In this document: positions 1 through 7,563 of the stretch, one piece after another | Layout of the letters: each line of letters opens with the position of its first letter | How positions within the stretch are numbered: position 1 is the first letter of the stretch | NCBI GenBank assembly: GCA_019057385.1 | Contig: JAHQJS010000004.1 | Coordinates: forward strand, 649,547 to 662,407 | Origin: Candidatus Borrarchaeum weybense | GTDB taxonomy: Archaea > Asgardarchaeota > Sifarchaeia > Borrarchaeales > Borrarchaeaceae | Length of the DNA: 12,861 bases | Direction: 5' to 3' | Notes under the pieces: model-generated | What the model was told of the DNA's origin: nothing | Databases searched by the model: none | Seen by the model: the letters and a program-made list of their open reading frames with translations, nothing else | Program-made: the position numbers and the translations under genes

Positions 1-25
1 AAATCTATAAATGAATACGTGAGGG

Positions 26-655
26 ATGCTTATCGTCATTCATAATGTTTATATGTACAGGGATTCTGGTGAATTGTTATACCATGAAGATTACCATTCC
101 ATATCTCAGGAAGTCGATCCTGTAGTTGTGAGCGGCTTTTTTTCTGCCATACAGTCCTTTGGCAAAACGATGACTGGCGATGAAAGTGATATTAAAGAGA
201 TTGACACAGAGAAATTTTTGATCACTTTTAGCAGGGATCCTGATTTTGGTGTAACTGTAGCACTAGTGGTCGATCCAGAAGATAGAAAATGGGCTGGTAC
301 CGCAATTCTACAGTTATTAAAATTAGTTAAAGAAAAACTACGTGGCTTCCCTGAATCTCTATTCATCACAGAATTACCCCTTAAAAGCTTAAAAGGATTT
401 GATGAAGAAGTCGATAAGATCATCAGGCAATTTGTTGACAAAGCTATAAGTCAAAAAAAGAAGGTAATTCCGATTCTACTAAAGAAGGATAATATTAAAG
501 TCTCGTTGGAACAAAGCCAAATTTTGAATCTTGTAGATGGTGAACGTTCGATTTCGGAGATCGCTGATCTTTTAAATTTGCTCTATTTCCGTGTTATGAT
601 GATATGTTTAGACTTGAAGAAAAGGGGCATTATAGATACGAAGGAGATATTTTAG
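26..655 (+). CDS. Putative longin/roadblock-like domain protein with C-terminal winged-helix-like domain (Asgard-type, uncharacterised)
   Basis: 209-aa ORF, ATG at 26 preceded by GAGGG. The N-terminus 'HNVYMYRDSGELLYHEDY...DPVVVSGFFSAIQSFGKTM' resembles longin/roadblock-like proteins of Asgard archaea. The C-terminus 'ILNLVDGERSISEIADLLNLLYFRVMMICLDLKKRGII' resembles a small wHTH. Confidence 0.7.
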   Translation: MLIVIHNVYMYRDSGELLYHEDYHSISQEVDPVVVSGFFSAIQSFGKTMTGDESDIKEIDTEKFLITFSRDPDFGVTVALVVDPEDRKWAGTAILQLLKLVKEKLRGFPESLFITELPLKSLKGFDEEVDKIIRQFVDKAISQKKKVIPILLKKDNIKVSLEQSQILNLVDGERSISEIADLLNLLYFRVMMICLDLKKRGIIDTKEIF

Positions 656-804
656 TTAACCTTTTAGACCGCAAATTTGTCCCCCCCTCTTAACACCAAA
701 AGAAATATATTTAGCCCTTACGTCATTCTCTAAGAGAACTGTGAGTTTAGAATTTTGATTTTTCCATAACGGTTGAATTAAAGGAACTCAATGAGGTTAG
801 AAAC

Positions 805-1317
805 ATGGGTGTTAAGGGTTGGCTAGGCCATAAATTAAAGACAAAGAAAACAAGTCTTGAATTATATCAAGCGACAATTGCTGGTATTGTGGATACCTTC
901 TTAGCAAAAAATGAGGGTGACATTGAGAAAACAAATGCAGATATCAAAGATCTTGGAGAAAGGATGACAGCAACACTTCTCATGGGTTACGCAGAAAAAA
1001 TGAAAGAACATGCCCCTTCCTTTGAAAAATTTAAAGATACGTTGTCTTTAGCTTACAAATTCTACTCAGGAAATAGTTTTACAGATGCAGTATATGATCC
1101 ACAACGCAAAGTAATCCGCTTTGAGGACGACAATTGCTTTATATGCCGTGGTATTACATTATCTGATGACTTGAAAGATTTAAAATACTGTAGTGTAGTC
1201 CCAGGTATTTTTACTGGTGTAATGAAGCTTAGAGGTTTTCCTGCCGATTGTAACCAAATCGAATGCAAAGCTGCTGGTGGGCAGACGTGTGCTTATGAAT
1301 TAGTGTCCTTTGAATGA
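805..1317 (+). CDS. V4R-domain / TRAPP Bet3-like protein
   Basis: 170-aa ORF with TGAGG upstream. The C-terminal segment 'DDNCFICRGITLSDDLKDLKYCSVVPGIFTGVMKL...CKAAGGQTCAYELVSF' has the V4R/Bet3 pattern (N-P/C-F...L...L-x-Y...G...G...C...EL). Confidence 0.7.
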   Translation: MGVKGWLGHKLKTKKTSLELYQATIAGIVDTFLAKNEGDIEKTNADIKDLGERMTATLLMGYAEKMKEHAPSFEKFKDTLSLAYKFYSGNSFTDAVYDPQRKVIRFEDDNCFICRGITLSDDLKDLKYCSVVPGIFTGVMKLRGFPADCNQIECKAAGGQTCAYELVSFE

Positions 1318-1388
1318 GGTTTTTCTATTAACGATTTCTCATTCTTTTTTTGTCTTGTTTTTCTAGATATTCAAATATAAAAGGTCGC

Positions 1389-1403
1389 GCTGCATTCTGC
1401 AGC
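1389..1403. other. Small perfect inverted repeat GCTGCA-TTC-TGCAGC upstream of the AAA+/VWA gene
   Basis: Direct reading: 6-bp arms with 3-nt loop. Confidence 0.5.
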
Positions 1404-1502
1404 AAATTGCCTTCCAAGTGATACTGTGGCTATTACAAAAATTTTTTATAATTATTTACGTTTTTTAACGCGAAAGAAATAATAATAGTATCAGATTTCT
1501 TC

Positions 1503-3482
1503 GTGTTATATCCACTTTATATAATTACAAATAAGAAGGCTTCGCGTTTGAAATCTATCGACAAGACACCGGTTGATCAAGAAGGGAATGTTTGTGATTT
1601 AAAGCTAGCTGTGTGTGACCCAAAAGAGTTATACGAGAAACTGACAGATGACAGAAGCGGAATTGTGGGACGTAAGCGCGAACTTAAACTAATTTTGAGT
1701 GCAATTTGCTCAGGCAAATCCATCCTCCTCGAAGGACCTCCAGGCACCTCAAAATCCACTATACTTCACGAACTGTGCTGTTCGCTCGGATTATGTCTAT
1801 TTTATTGTGAAGGTAATGCTGATTTAACTGCATCGAAGATGGTGGGATACTTTGATCCAGCAGCTGTACTACAAACTGGATACGTTCCCGAAAATTTCAA
1901 TGAAGGAGTTCTCACTAGAGCAATGGGAAGTGGTGGTATACTGTACATCGAAGACATAAACAGAGTACCGCCCGATGCACTTAATGCGTTAGTGACGGTG
2001 CTCTCTGAAAGAGAAGTTCACATTCCCCGATATGGGATGATTAAAGCTCACGGTGATTTCCGTGTTGTGGCCTCATTAAGTATTTTCGATAGTTTAGGCC
2101 CTGTTAAATTAAGTCGTGCAATTCTTGACCGTTTCGTCAAGATCAAATTAGATTATCAATCTGAAGAAGAGGAAAAAGAAATAGTAAACCGCGTCACTCA
2201 GATCGATGCACCTTGGTTGGTGGATCTTGGTGTAAAAATTGGTCGTGCAACACGAGAACATCCTGACCTAAAGGTGGGTGCGAGTATTAGAGGTGCCATT
2301 GATTTTGCGCGTCTTGCTTCCGATGAGATACGCTTTAATTCATCTCTGCAGCTCCAAGATCATCTTCTACAAATTGCGTATCTCGCTTTTTCAGCGAAAA
2401 TCAAGAGAAAACCGACATGTGAACTGACAGAAGAAGAAATCATAGAGGAATTATTCAGAACAGCTATGATGGGAGGTTCTCTTGATGAGTTATTAAAAAG
2501 AAGGGCAGAGGACAAAGGCGAAGACGCACAAATGAGTTTCGTTCGTGGTCCCGAGCCTGACTGGGACTTAGTTGATGCAATTCGTGAGAAAAGACTATTA
2601 AAACTTAAACAGATTGCTGAAGAGGGTGATATGGGCGCAACAAAATTAGGACAAGCGTTGTCTAAAATCCCTGATAAAAGTATGTTTCAAGACGTATTTC
2701 AAGGGCCATTAGCGCCAGAACTCTATGTCCTCATAAGACAGGCTTTAGAAAAGCGTCGTAAAGCCTTAGCGAGAGAATTAGCAACTCAAGTTATTCTTGA
2801 TCGGGCCCAAAACATGACTTTTTTTGGATTACGTGATGGTGATCGAAAGCGGTTTAGGTTTGATGGAGATGGGGTTATCGATATTGATCGAACCGTAGAA
2901 AATATTGTGGAGAAGGGACCGCGAAATGTTGAGCCAGATGATATAATTGTTACTAAACGTGAGAGAGTAAAACGAGCATGTTTATTGATGATTGATGCTT
3001 CGGAAAGCATGCTTAAAGAGAAGTTAGGACTTGCAGCACTTGCAGCGGCAGTTATTTCGCTTAAATATTCTTCAAGGAATGATTTCTACGGTGTAGTTGC
3101 ATTTCATTCAAAGCCATTCCTTCTCAAACAAATAGATCATGATACCCCAGTCGATAAGGTTATAGAGTATATTCTAACTCTAGAAGCGAGTTCACTGACC
3201 AATTACTACTCAGCGTTCAAAGAGGCAAGTACTGAATTTTCAAAGATAACTTCATTCAAAAAAGAGATTTTTCTGATGACTGACGGTGTTTGGACTTACG
3301 GAGAAGATCCAATACCTTTTATTCAAAATAATGCCAATATAAGCCGAGTTAATGTTCTGTATTTAGATCCGGGAAACCTCCAATTCGCTAAAGAATTAGC
3401 TTACAAAGGACAAGTGATTAAGATTGATGGATGGCCCTCCATTGTCAGAGGTATCAATCGAATTATGAACACGCCTTATTAA
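1503..3482 (+). CDS. MoxR/magnesium-chelatase-like AAA+ ATPase fused to a C-terminal VWA domain
   Basis: Walker A 'LEGPPGTSKST', Walker B 'GGILYIEDINRVPPDALNAL', 'LSRAILDRFVKIKLDY'. VWA MIDAS 'LLMIDASESM', later Thr in 'SSLTNYYSAF' and Asp in 'FLMTDG'. The true start may be TTG 1548 rather than GTG 1503. Confidence 0.88.
   Translation: MLYPLYIITNKKASRLKSIDKTPVDQEGNVCDLKLAVCDPKELYEKLTDDRSGIVGRKRELKLILSAICSGKSILLEGPPGTSKSTILHELCCSLGLCLFYCEGNADLTASKMVGYFDPAAVLQTGYVPENFNEGVLTRAMGSGGILYIEDINRVPPDALNALVTVLSEREVHIPRYGMIKAHGDFRVVASLSIFDSLGPVKLSRAILDRFVKIKLDYQSEEEEKEIVNRVTQIDAPWLVDLGVKIGRATREHPDLKVGASIRGAIDFARLASDEIRFNSSLQLQDHLLQIAYLAFSAKIKRKPTCELTEEEIIEELFRTAMMGGSLDELLKRRAEDKGEDAQMSFVRGPEPDWDLVDAIREKRLLKLKQIAEEGDMGATKLGQALSKIPDKSMFQDVFQGPLAPELYVLIRQALEKRRKALARELATQVILDRAQNMTFFGLRDGDRKRFRFDGDGVIDIDRTVENIVEKGPRNVEPDDIIVTKRERVKRACLLMIDASESMLKEKLGLAALAAAVISLKYSSRNDFYGVVAFHSKPFLLKQIDHDTPVDKVIEYILTLEASSLTNYYSAFKEASTEFSKITSFKKEIFLMTDGVWTYGEDPIPFIQNNANISRVNVLYLDPGNLQFAKELAYKGQVIKIDGWPSIVRGINRIMNTPY
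1516..1524 (+). promoter_or_regulatory. Candidate archaeal TATA box (TTTATATAA) for the AAA+/VWA gene
   Basis: Strong archaeal TATA consensus. About 26 nt downstream (near 1546) lies an in-frame TTG at 1548, suggesting a near-leaderless transcript. Confidence 0.45.
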
Positions 3483-3523
3483 GATTCTCAATTTCTTTTG
3501 GAACAAACCAGAGAATAGTGGAA

Positions 3524-4552
3524 ATGGTTATGCAGATTGAAGAATGGCCGCTTAGGGATGGCGATGTTATTTTAACCAAAAAGGGCTTTATTTTTTACAC
3601 CTTTGGATATAATCATCCAAAAGATCATATTATTACATTTCTAAAGTATATTCCGCTGAAATACAAAGACTTATTTGACGCAAAAATTAATTTTCTAGAA
3701 TGGCAATGGATGCTTAACAACGAACCACTCGTTCGACCCACTGAATTGTACTATGGAGACATTTTATTATCCATATTACGAGAAAACTTTCCAGAATATC
3801 TTTATTTTTCTAAGGTTTTCAACAAAGAAATCATTGTAGTTCCAAAGCTAGAAATCAAAACTATTTTTGTCCCAAAAAAGGGGTTTTCGCTACTTGTAAA
3901 TAAAGAAAATCCGGATACACTAGAAAAAGAAGCGATTTCTCTCATTAAATTACTATCTAAGACAAGCGAAGTGCCTCTTAACAACTTTGGAATCCATGGA
4001 TCAATACTGCTTGGAACTCACAATGAAAAAAGTGATATAGATATAGCAGTTTACGGGTATTCTAATTTTAAAAAAGTTAAAGACTCAATGAGGACTTTAG
4101 TATCGTTAGATCCGTCAATTGAATATCTTCTTGATCATAAATATGACATGTTCCGGAAAAATCGAGGTCTCTACAATTCCCGACGTTTTGTGATCAATGC
4201 TACCCGGCAAAAAGAAGAAATTCAAGAAGTGTATGGCAATAAAGTTTATACGCCTCTGGCTGACATTTCCTTTCAGGCAAAGATAACTGATAACACAGAA
4301 GCAGTCTTTCGTCCGGCACATTATAAAATTATAGATTTCATTAATTTAAGTTCTAGTCTTCCGTATGTTATACCTGATGAAGTTATATCTATGATTGGTC
4401 AATACCGCGATATTGCGGACGTAGGTGATAGGCTTCAAGGAAAAGGCGTTCTTGAAGAAATTCGCAATATCATAACAAACGAGAAAACCTATAGAATAGT
4501 TGTTGGTTCAGGAAGGCCCCATGAGTATATTGAGCCTTATGAGCAACCATAA
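3524..4552 (+). CDS. Nucleotidyltransferase-fold protein (paralog 1)
   Basis: Motif 'NNFGIHGSILLGTHNEKSDIDIAVYG' (hG-S...SD-x-D NTase signature). The ORF is open from 3431, but ATG 3524 (or 3530) avoids overlap with the preceding CDS and aligns with the N-terminus of the next protein ('LRDGDVILTKKGFIF' vs 'LRDRDDILTQEGIIF'). Confidence 0.8.
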   Translation: MVMQIEEWPLRDGDVILTKKGFIFYTFGYNHPKDHIITFLKYIPLKYKDLFDAKINFLEWQWMLNNEPLVRPTELYYGDILLSILRENFPEYLYFSKVFNKEIIVVPKLEIKTIFVPKKGFSLLVNKENPDTLEKEAISLIKLLSKTSEVPLNNFGIHGSILLGTHNEKSDIDIAVYGYSNFKKVKDSMRTLVSLDPSIEYLLDHKYDMFRKNRGLYNSRRFVINATRQKEEIQEVYGNKVYTPLADISFQAKITDNTEAVFRPAHYKIIDFINLSSSLPYVIPDEVISMIGQYRDIADVGDRLQGKGVLEEIRNIITNEKTYRIVVGSGRPHEYIEPYEQP

Positions 4553-4572
4553 AGTAAACCCAGTGATTCATA

Positions 4573-5664
4573 GTGGATGCAGATAACCTCAAATTAAGAG
4601 ATAGAGACGATATACTTACACAAGAGGGAATTATCTTCCGTGTCTTGGGTTATCAGCATCCTCCAGAGGGTTGGATTTGTGAGCCTATTTATGCTCCTAA
4701 ATCTATATTTTCATCAAACAACCCGAAAAGTCCAAGAGGGTTTCCCGAAACATCTTATTACAAATTTTATGAAAACGAGGGAATGACGTGGGTGTGGAAG
4801 AATTATCCCTCCTACAGGGTTTATAACAGACCACTTCAAACTAAATTAATCGGTGTAAAAAATAATCAGATCGTCATACTTAGAAAACCAAGTGTTGGAT
4901 TAAAGGAATTAATGAAAGAAAGGAAATCTAATGATGTTCTTGCACAGAAAGCAATTGAGATCCTTGAATTTGTTTTAGATGAAACTGAGTTACGAGTTGA
5001 CGACTTCGGGATATTTGGATCATTATTACACGGTTTTCATCATCCATTAAAAAGCGATCTTGATTTTGTGGTTTATGGTCGTAATTCGCTATCGAAGCTC
5101 TTGCCTACTCTTGAGGATTTGTATTCAAGGAACAAAGGGAATATTGTGTTGAAAAATGAATATGATGGATTCCATAAAACCTATATTGAACAAAAAAACT
5201 GGCGCTTCACATGGATGTCTATTGAAGAATATATCTCTCACGAAAGACGAAAATTAATTTGGGGCTCCTATAAAGACTCCTCGACAAATAGGGATATTAA
5301 AATCGAATTCGAGCCTGTAAGAACTTATGATGAAATCGAGGATGAATATTCAAATACAGAGAGAATCATATCCGAAGGATGGATTGTTATAGAAGGTGAA
5401 ATAGTCGAAGATAAAGATGCGTATTTCATGCCATCCGTCTATGGCATTACATTAGAAAAAATCGTAGAAGGAAAGATCCCAGATAACGAATTAAAAAGAA
5501 TTATTTCATTTGTCGAAGAATTCAGGGGTCAAGCAAGAATCGGCGACCGAGTATTGGTCACTGGAACTCTTGAAAAGGTTGAAATGAAATCTAGCGAATT
5601 TTATCAAATCACTCTTACTTACTGTGAAAGATATTTCGACCAAGTAATGAAAGTGATCTCTTAA
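4573..5664 (+). CDS. Nucleotidyltransferase-domain protein (paralog 2), conserved archaeal type
   Basis: GTG start at 4573. Motif 'DDFGIFGSLLHGFHHPLKSDLDFVVYG'. C-terminal 'RIGDRVLVTGTLEKVEMKSSEFYQITLTYCERYFDQVMKV' matches a recognisable archaeal NTase family tail. Confidence 0.83.
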   Translation: MDADNLKLRDRDDILTQEGIIFRVLGYQHPPEGWICEPIYAPKSIFSSNNPKSPRGFPETSYYKFYENEGMTWVWKNYPSYRVYNRPLQTKLIGVKNNQIVILRKPSVGLKELMKERKSNDVLAQKAIEILEFVLDETELRVDDFGIFGSLLHGFHHPLKSDLDFVVYGRNSLSKLLPTLEDLYSRNKGNIVLKNEYDGFHKTYIEQKNWRFTWMSIEEYISHERRKLIWGSYKDSSTNRDIKIEFEPVRTYDEIEDEYSNTERIISEGWIVIEGEIVEDKDAYFMPSVYGITLEKIVEGKIPDNELKRIISFVEEFRGQARIGDRVLVTGTLEKVEMKSSEFYQITLTYCERYFDQVMKVIS

Positions 5665-5681
5665 TCAGCATTTTAAGTAGA

Positions 5682-6863
5682 TTGGGAAACATGACTAAAC
5701 TCAACTTAGAACTAGTCAATCATTTTGTTTTGAATAAACAACATTTAACAGATCGTTCAAAAATTGATGATATTACACAAATTGCCAAAGACCTTGTAGG
5801 TCTACATGCCACCTTGCCAACAACACCCTATTTGTCTCTTTTTGCTAGAACTCGAAAATTTACAAAAGAGCAGTTCGATAAAGAGTCCTATATTGAAAAA
5901 AATCTCGGTAAGATTCGATTTGTCCGAAAAACGATACATATTCTCCCACGAGATATGATTTCATATGCGTTTTCAGCAACAAGAAAGATGGCGGAAGTGG
6001 TTTCTGAACGATACAGTAAATATCTTGGTGCCGATCAAGATACGTATGAAAGGATCTCTCTACTGATCTTAGAAATACTTAAAGAAAAAGGCATGACAAC
6101 CACAGAACTCAAGAAAGCGTTAGACACTAAGTTAAAACTCTCTTCAATTCTTAATTTAATGTGTGATCAAGGTCTATTGATTCGTGGGCCTCCAAAAAAA
6201 GGATGGAATAGTAATATTCACATATATTATCTTTTTCAAGAGTATTTTCCAGAAGTAACTTTGAATGAGTTTGATGAAGAAAACGCAAAAAAATTCGTGG
6301 TGAAACAATACATTGGCTCGTTTGGCCCTGTAACAGTAAACGATGTTTCATGGTGGACAGGATTTCGTAAGACAGAAACTAAGCAGATATTAGAAAGTTT
6401 CCAAAACGATTTAACTCATGTTGAAATTTCGCACTTAAAAGGAAATCATATCATCCTTCTTTCGGATCAAAAAAACCTAAATTCTCTAACTGCGCCACAA
6501 AAACACGTTGTTAATTTTTTACCACCACTTGATCCGTACACGATGGGGTATAAAGATCGTGAGAGATATTTATCTAATGAATACTATTATCATGTCTTTG
6601 ATCGTTCTGGTAACGCTACATCATCAGTACTTCTTGATGGAAAAGTAATAGGGGTCTGGGATTTCAAAGAAGACAAAACCGCTCAAGTTAAGTTGTTTCT
6701 TTTTGAAGAAGTTGAAAAAAACGTCTTAAAAGACATTCATACAAGCGCCCAAAAAGTTGGAAAATTCATATCTGAGAAGGAAGTTGAAATAAAAGAAGTT
6801 GACTCTATGATCCCCTTGACAAAGCGAACCGCTGGAGGATTTATGTCACCGCTTAAAGACTAA
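5682..6863 (+). CDS. Winged-helix DNA-binding protein of the AlkZ/YcaQ-like (HTH_42) family
   Basis: 'AKDLVGLHATLPTTPYLSLFARTRKF', 'IRFVRKTIHILPRDM', and C-terminal 'FLPPLDPYTMGYKDRERYL...VFDRSGNATSSVLLDGKVIGVWDF' are typical of this family. Confidence 0.83.
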   Translation: MGNMTKLNLELVNHFVLNKQHLTDRSKIDDITQIAKDLVGLHATLPTTPYLSLFARTRKFTKEQFDKESYIEKNLGKIRFVRKTIHILPRDMISYAFSATRKMAEVVSERYSKYLGADQDTYERISLLILEILKEKGMTTTELKKALDTKLKLSSILNLMCDQGLLIRGPPKKGWNSNIHIYYLFQEYFPEVTLNEFDEENAKKFVVKQYIGSFGPVTVNDVSWWTGFRKTETKQILESFQNDLTHVEISHLKGNHIILLSDQKNLNSLTAPQKHVVNFLPPLDPYTMGYKDRERYLSNEYYYHVFDRSGNATSSVLLDGKVIGVWDFKEDKTAQVKLFLFEEVEKNVLKDIHTSAQKVGKFISEKEVEIKEVDSMIPLTKRTAGGFMSPLKD

Positions 6864-7013
6864 AAAGTTGCTTTAAATTTATTATATGAGGTTTCAAATT
6901 TTAATAGAAAACAAGGCAGTGCCACACTTTTTGGCATCCAACAAAAGTCTTAAGAACCTACTTACTTATGATAATTCTTAACTAGGTCAAACTTGGTGCT
7001 AGGAGGCTAATAA

Positions 7014-7250
7014 TTGAGTCGTAGTAAAGGAAAAGTATGCTCAATTGAAAACTGTGAAACTGAGTCAGTTAGATCTCTCTCAATCGAAAAGGCGGGAGAA
7101 GCTCTTAACTCAGCAGGTTTAAGCTATAAAGTAGCCCGACGACGGAACAGAATCTATCTCTGTGCAGAACATTATAAAAAGATAAAGAAATACTTAAAGA
7201 AGGCTCAAAAAGAGGAACGTTTACGTCAAACTAGAGGTCGTCCGTTTTAG
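7014..7250 (+). CDS. Small basic Cys/His-rich protein, probable zinc-binding
   Basis: TAGGAGG Shine-Dalgarno upstream, start TTG at 7014. 'VCSIENC ... YLCAEHYKKIKKYLKKAQKEERLRQTRGR': C-x5-C ... C-x2-H plus Lys/Arg-rich tail. Confidence 0.6.
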   Translation: MSRSKGKVCSIENCETESVRSLSIEKAGEALNSAGLSYKVARRRNRIYLCAEHYKKIKKYLKKAQKEERLRQTRGRPF

Positions 7251-7259
7251 CTTGATTTT

Positions 7260-7412
7260 TTAGTCTGGTAAGCCTCCTATATTGCTCTCGCTAATAAATT
7301 CGAGTAATTCTTCTACTAAAAAGTTTTGCCCTATTGTCAGACCCACAGCAAATGTAAGTACTGCAATAACTAATAAGATTAATCCAATGACACGCGGTCT
7401 CAATTTTACCAC
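7260..7412 (-). CDS. Candidate 50-aa single-pass membrane microprotein
   Basis: Reverse-strand reading from GTG (complement of 7410-7412): VVKLRPRVIGLILLVIAVLTFAVGLTIGQNFLVEELLEFISESNIGGLPD*. Positively charged N-terminus, about 20-residue hydrophobic helix, acidic tail. Below the size cutoff of the supplied ORF track. Confidence 0.45.
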   Translation of the reverse strand: MVKLRPRVIGLILLVIAVLTFAVGLTIGQNFLVEELLEFISESNIGGLPD

Positions 7413-7441
7413 TCACTTAACTGAGCTTTAGTTTAAATCAA

Positions 7442-7450
7442 TTTATATAA
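7442..7450. promoter_or_regulatory. Candidate TATA box TTTATATAA, near-symmetric, possibly bidirectional
   Basis: On the + strand the expected start (about 26 nt downstream, near 7472) abuts the structured segment at 7476. On the - strand (TTATATAAA) the expected start (near 7420) is 8 nt before the GTG of the microprotein ORF. Confidence 0.4.
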
Positions 7451-7475
7451 GTATTTACTTTTAATATCAAATATT

Positions 7476-7563
7476 GATAACCCGATGATTTCGCTCGGTA
7501 AACTGATTTCAAAGCCATGAAGGTTTGAAACATGACTGTCCCACGCAGGTACTGAGGGTTGTC
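7476..7563 (+). ncRNA. Candidate structured small RNA (class uncertain, possibly C/D-box-like)
   Basis: Non-coding gap. Terminal stem GATAACCC (7476-7483) / GGGTTGTC (7556-7563), 8 bp with one G.U. Internal stem TTTCAAA-G-CC (7507-7516) / GG-TTTGAAA (7522-7530). Alternative small stem CCGA (7482-7485) / TCGG (7495-7498). TATA box about 30 nt upstream, T-run TTTT at 7564-7567. GATGA near the 5' end and CTGA immediately before the 3' stem strand. Confidence 0.35.

Noticed and set aside
106-441. Minus-strand ORF of 111 aa, plus 1062..1268 -, 1577..1759, 2786..3010, 3802..3984, 4115..4321, 6151..6351, 8157..8372, 8826..9020, 8918..9247, 9474..9728, 10436..10633 and 12014..12199
   Set aside because: All are largely antisense or alternative-frame readings of well-supported genes with low-complexity translations and no motif support.
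1503-3482. Chlorophyll or cobalt chelatase subunit annotation
   Set aside because: The AAA+ and VWA motifs are generic to the MoxR/chelatase superfamily and no pigment or cobalamin genes are nearby.
3431-3523. Extended N-terminus of the first NTase (31 extra codons from ATG 3431)
   Set aside because: It overlaps the preceding CDS in another frame and has no counterpart in the paralog, whose N-terminus aligns with the ATG at 3524.
4000-5100. CBASS-type cyclic oligonucleotide synthase
   Set aside because: The GS...DxD core is generic to nucleotidyltransferases. No effector or CBASS accessory gene was recognised and the second paralog resembles a widespread archaeal family, so a defence role is not claimed.
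7480-7540. Fluoride (crcB) riboswitch resemblance ('CGATGA...CGC...TAAACTG...hairpin...ATGAC')
   Set aside because: The P1 strands do not pair in the required register, and no same-strand downstream gene of a fluoride-related family follows.
7476-7563. tRNA gene (88 nt with GATAACC/GGTTGTC acceptor-like stem and 'GCTCGGTA')
   Set aside because: No T-arm (GGTTCRANNCC) lies before the 3' strand and the 17 nt preceding it do not form a 5-bp stem. No anticodon arm is in the correct place.
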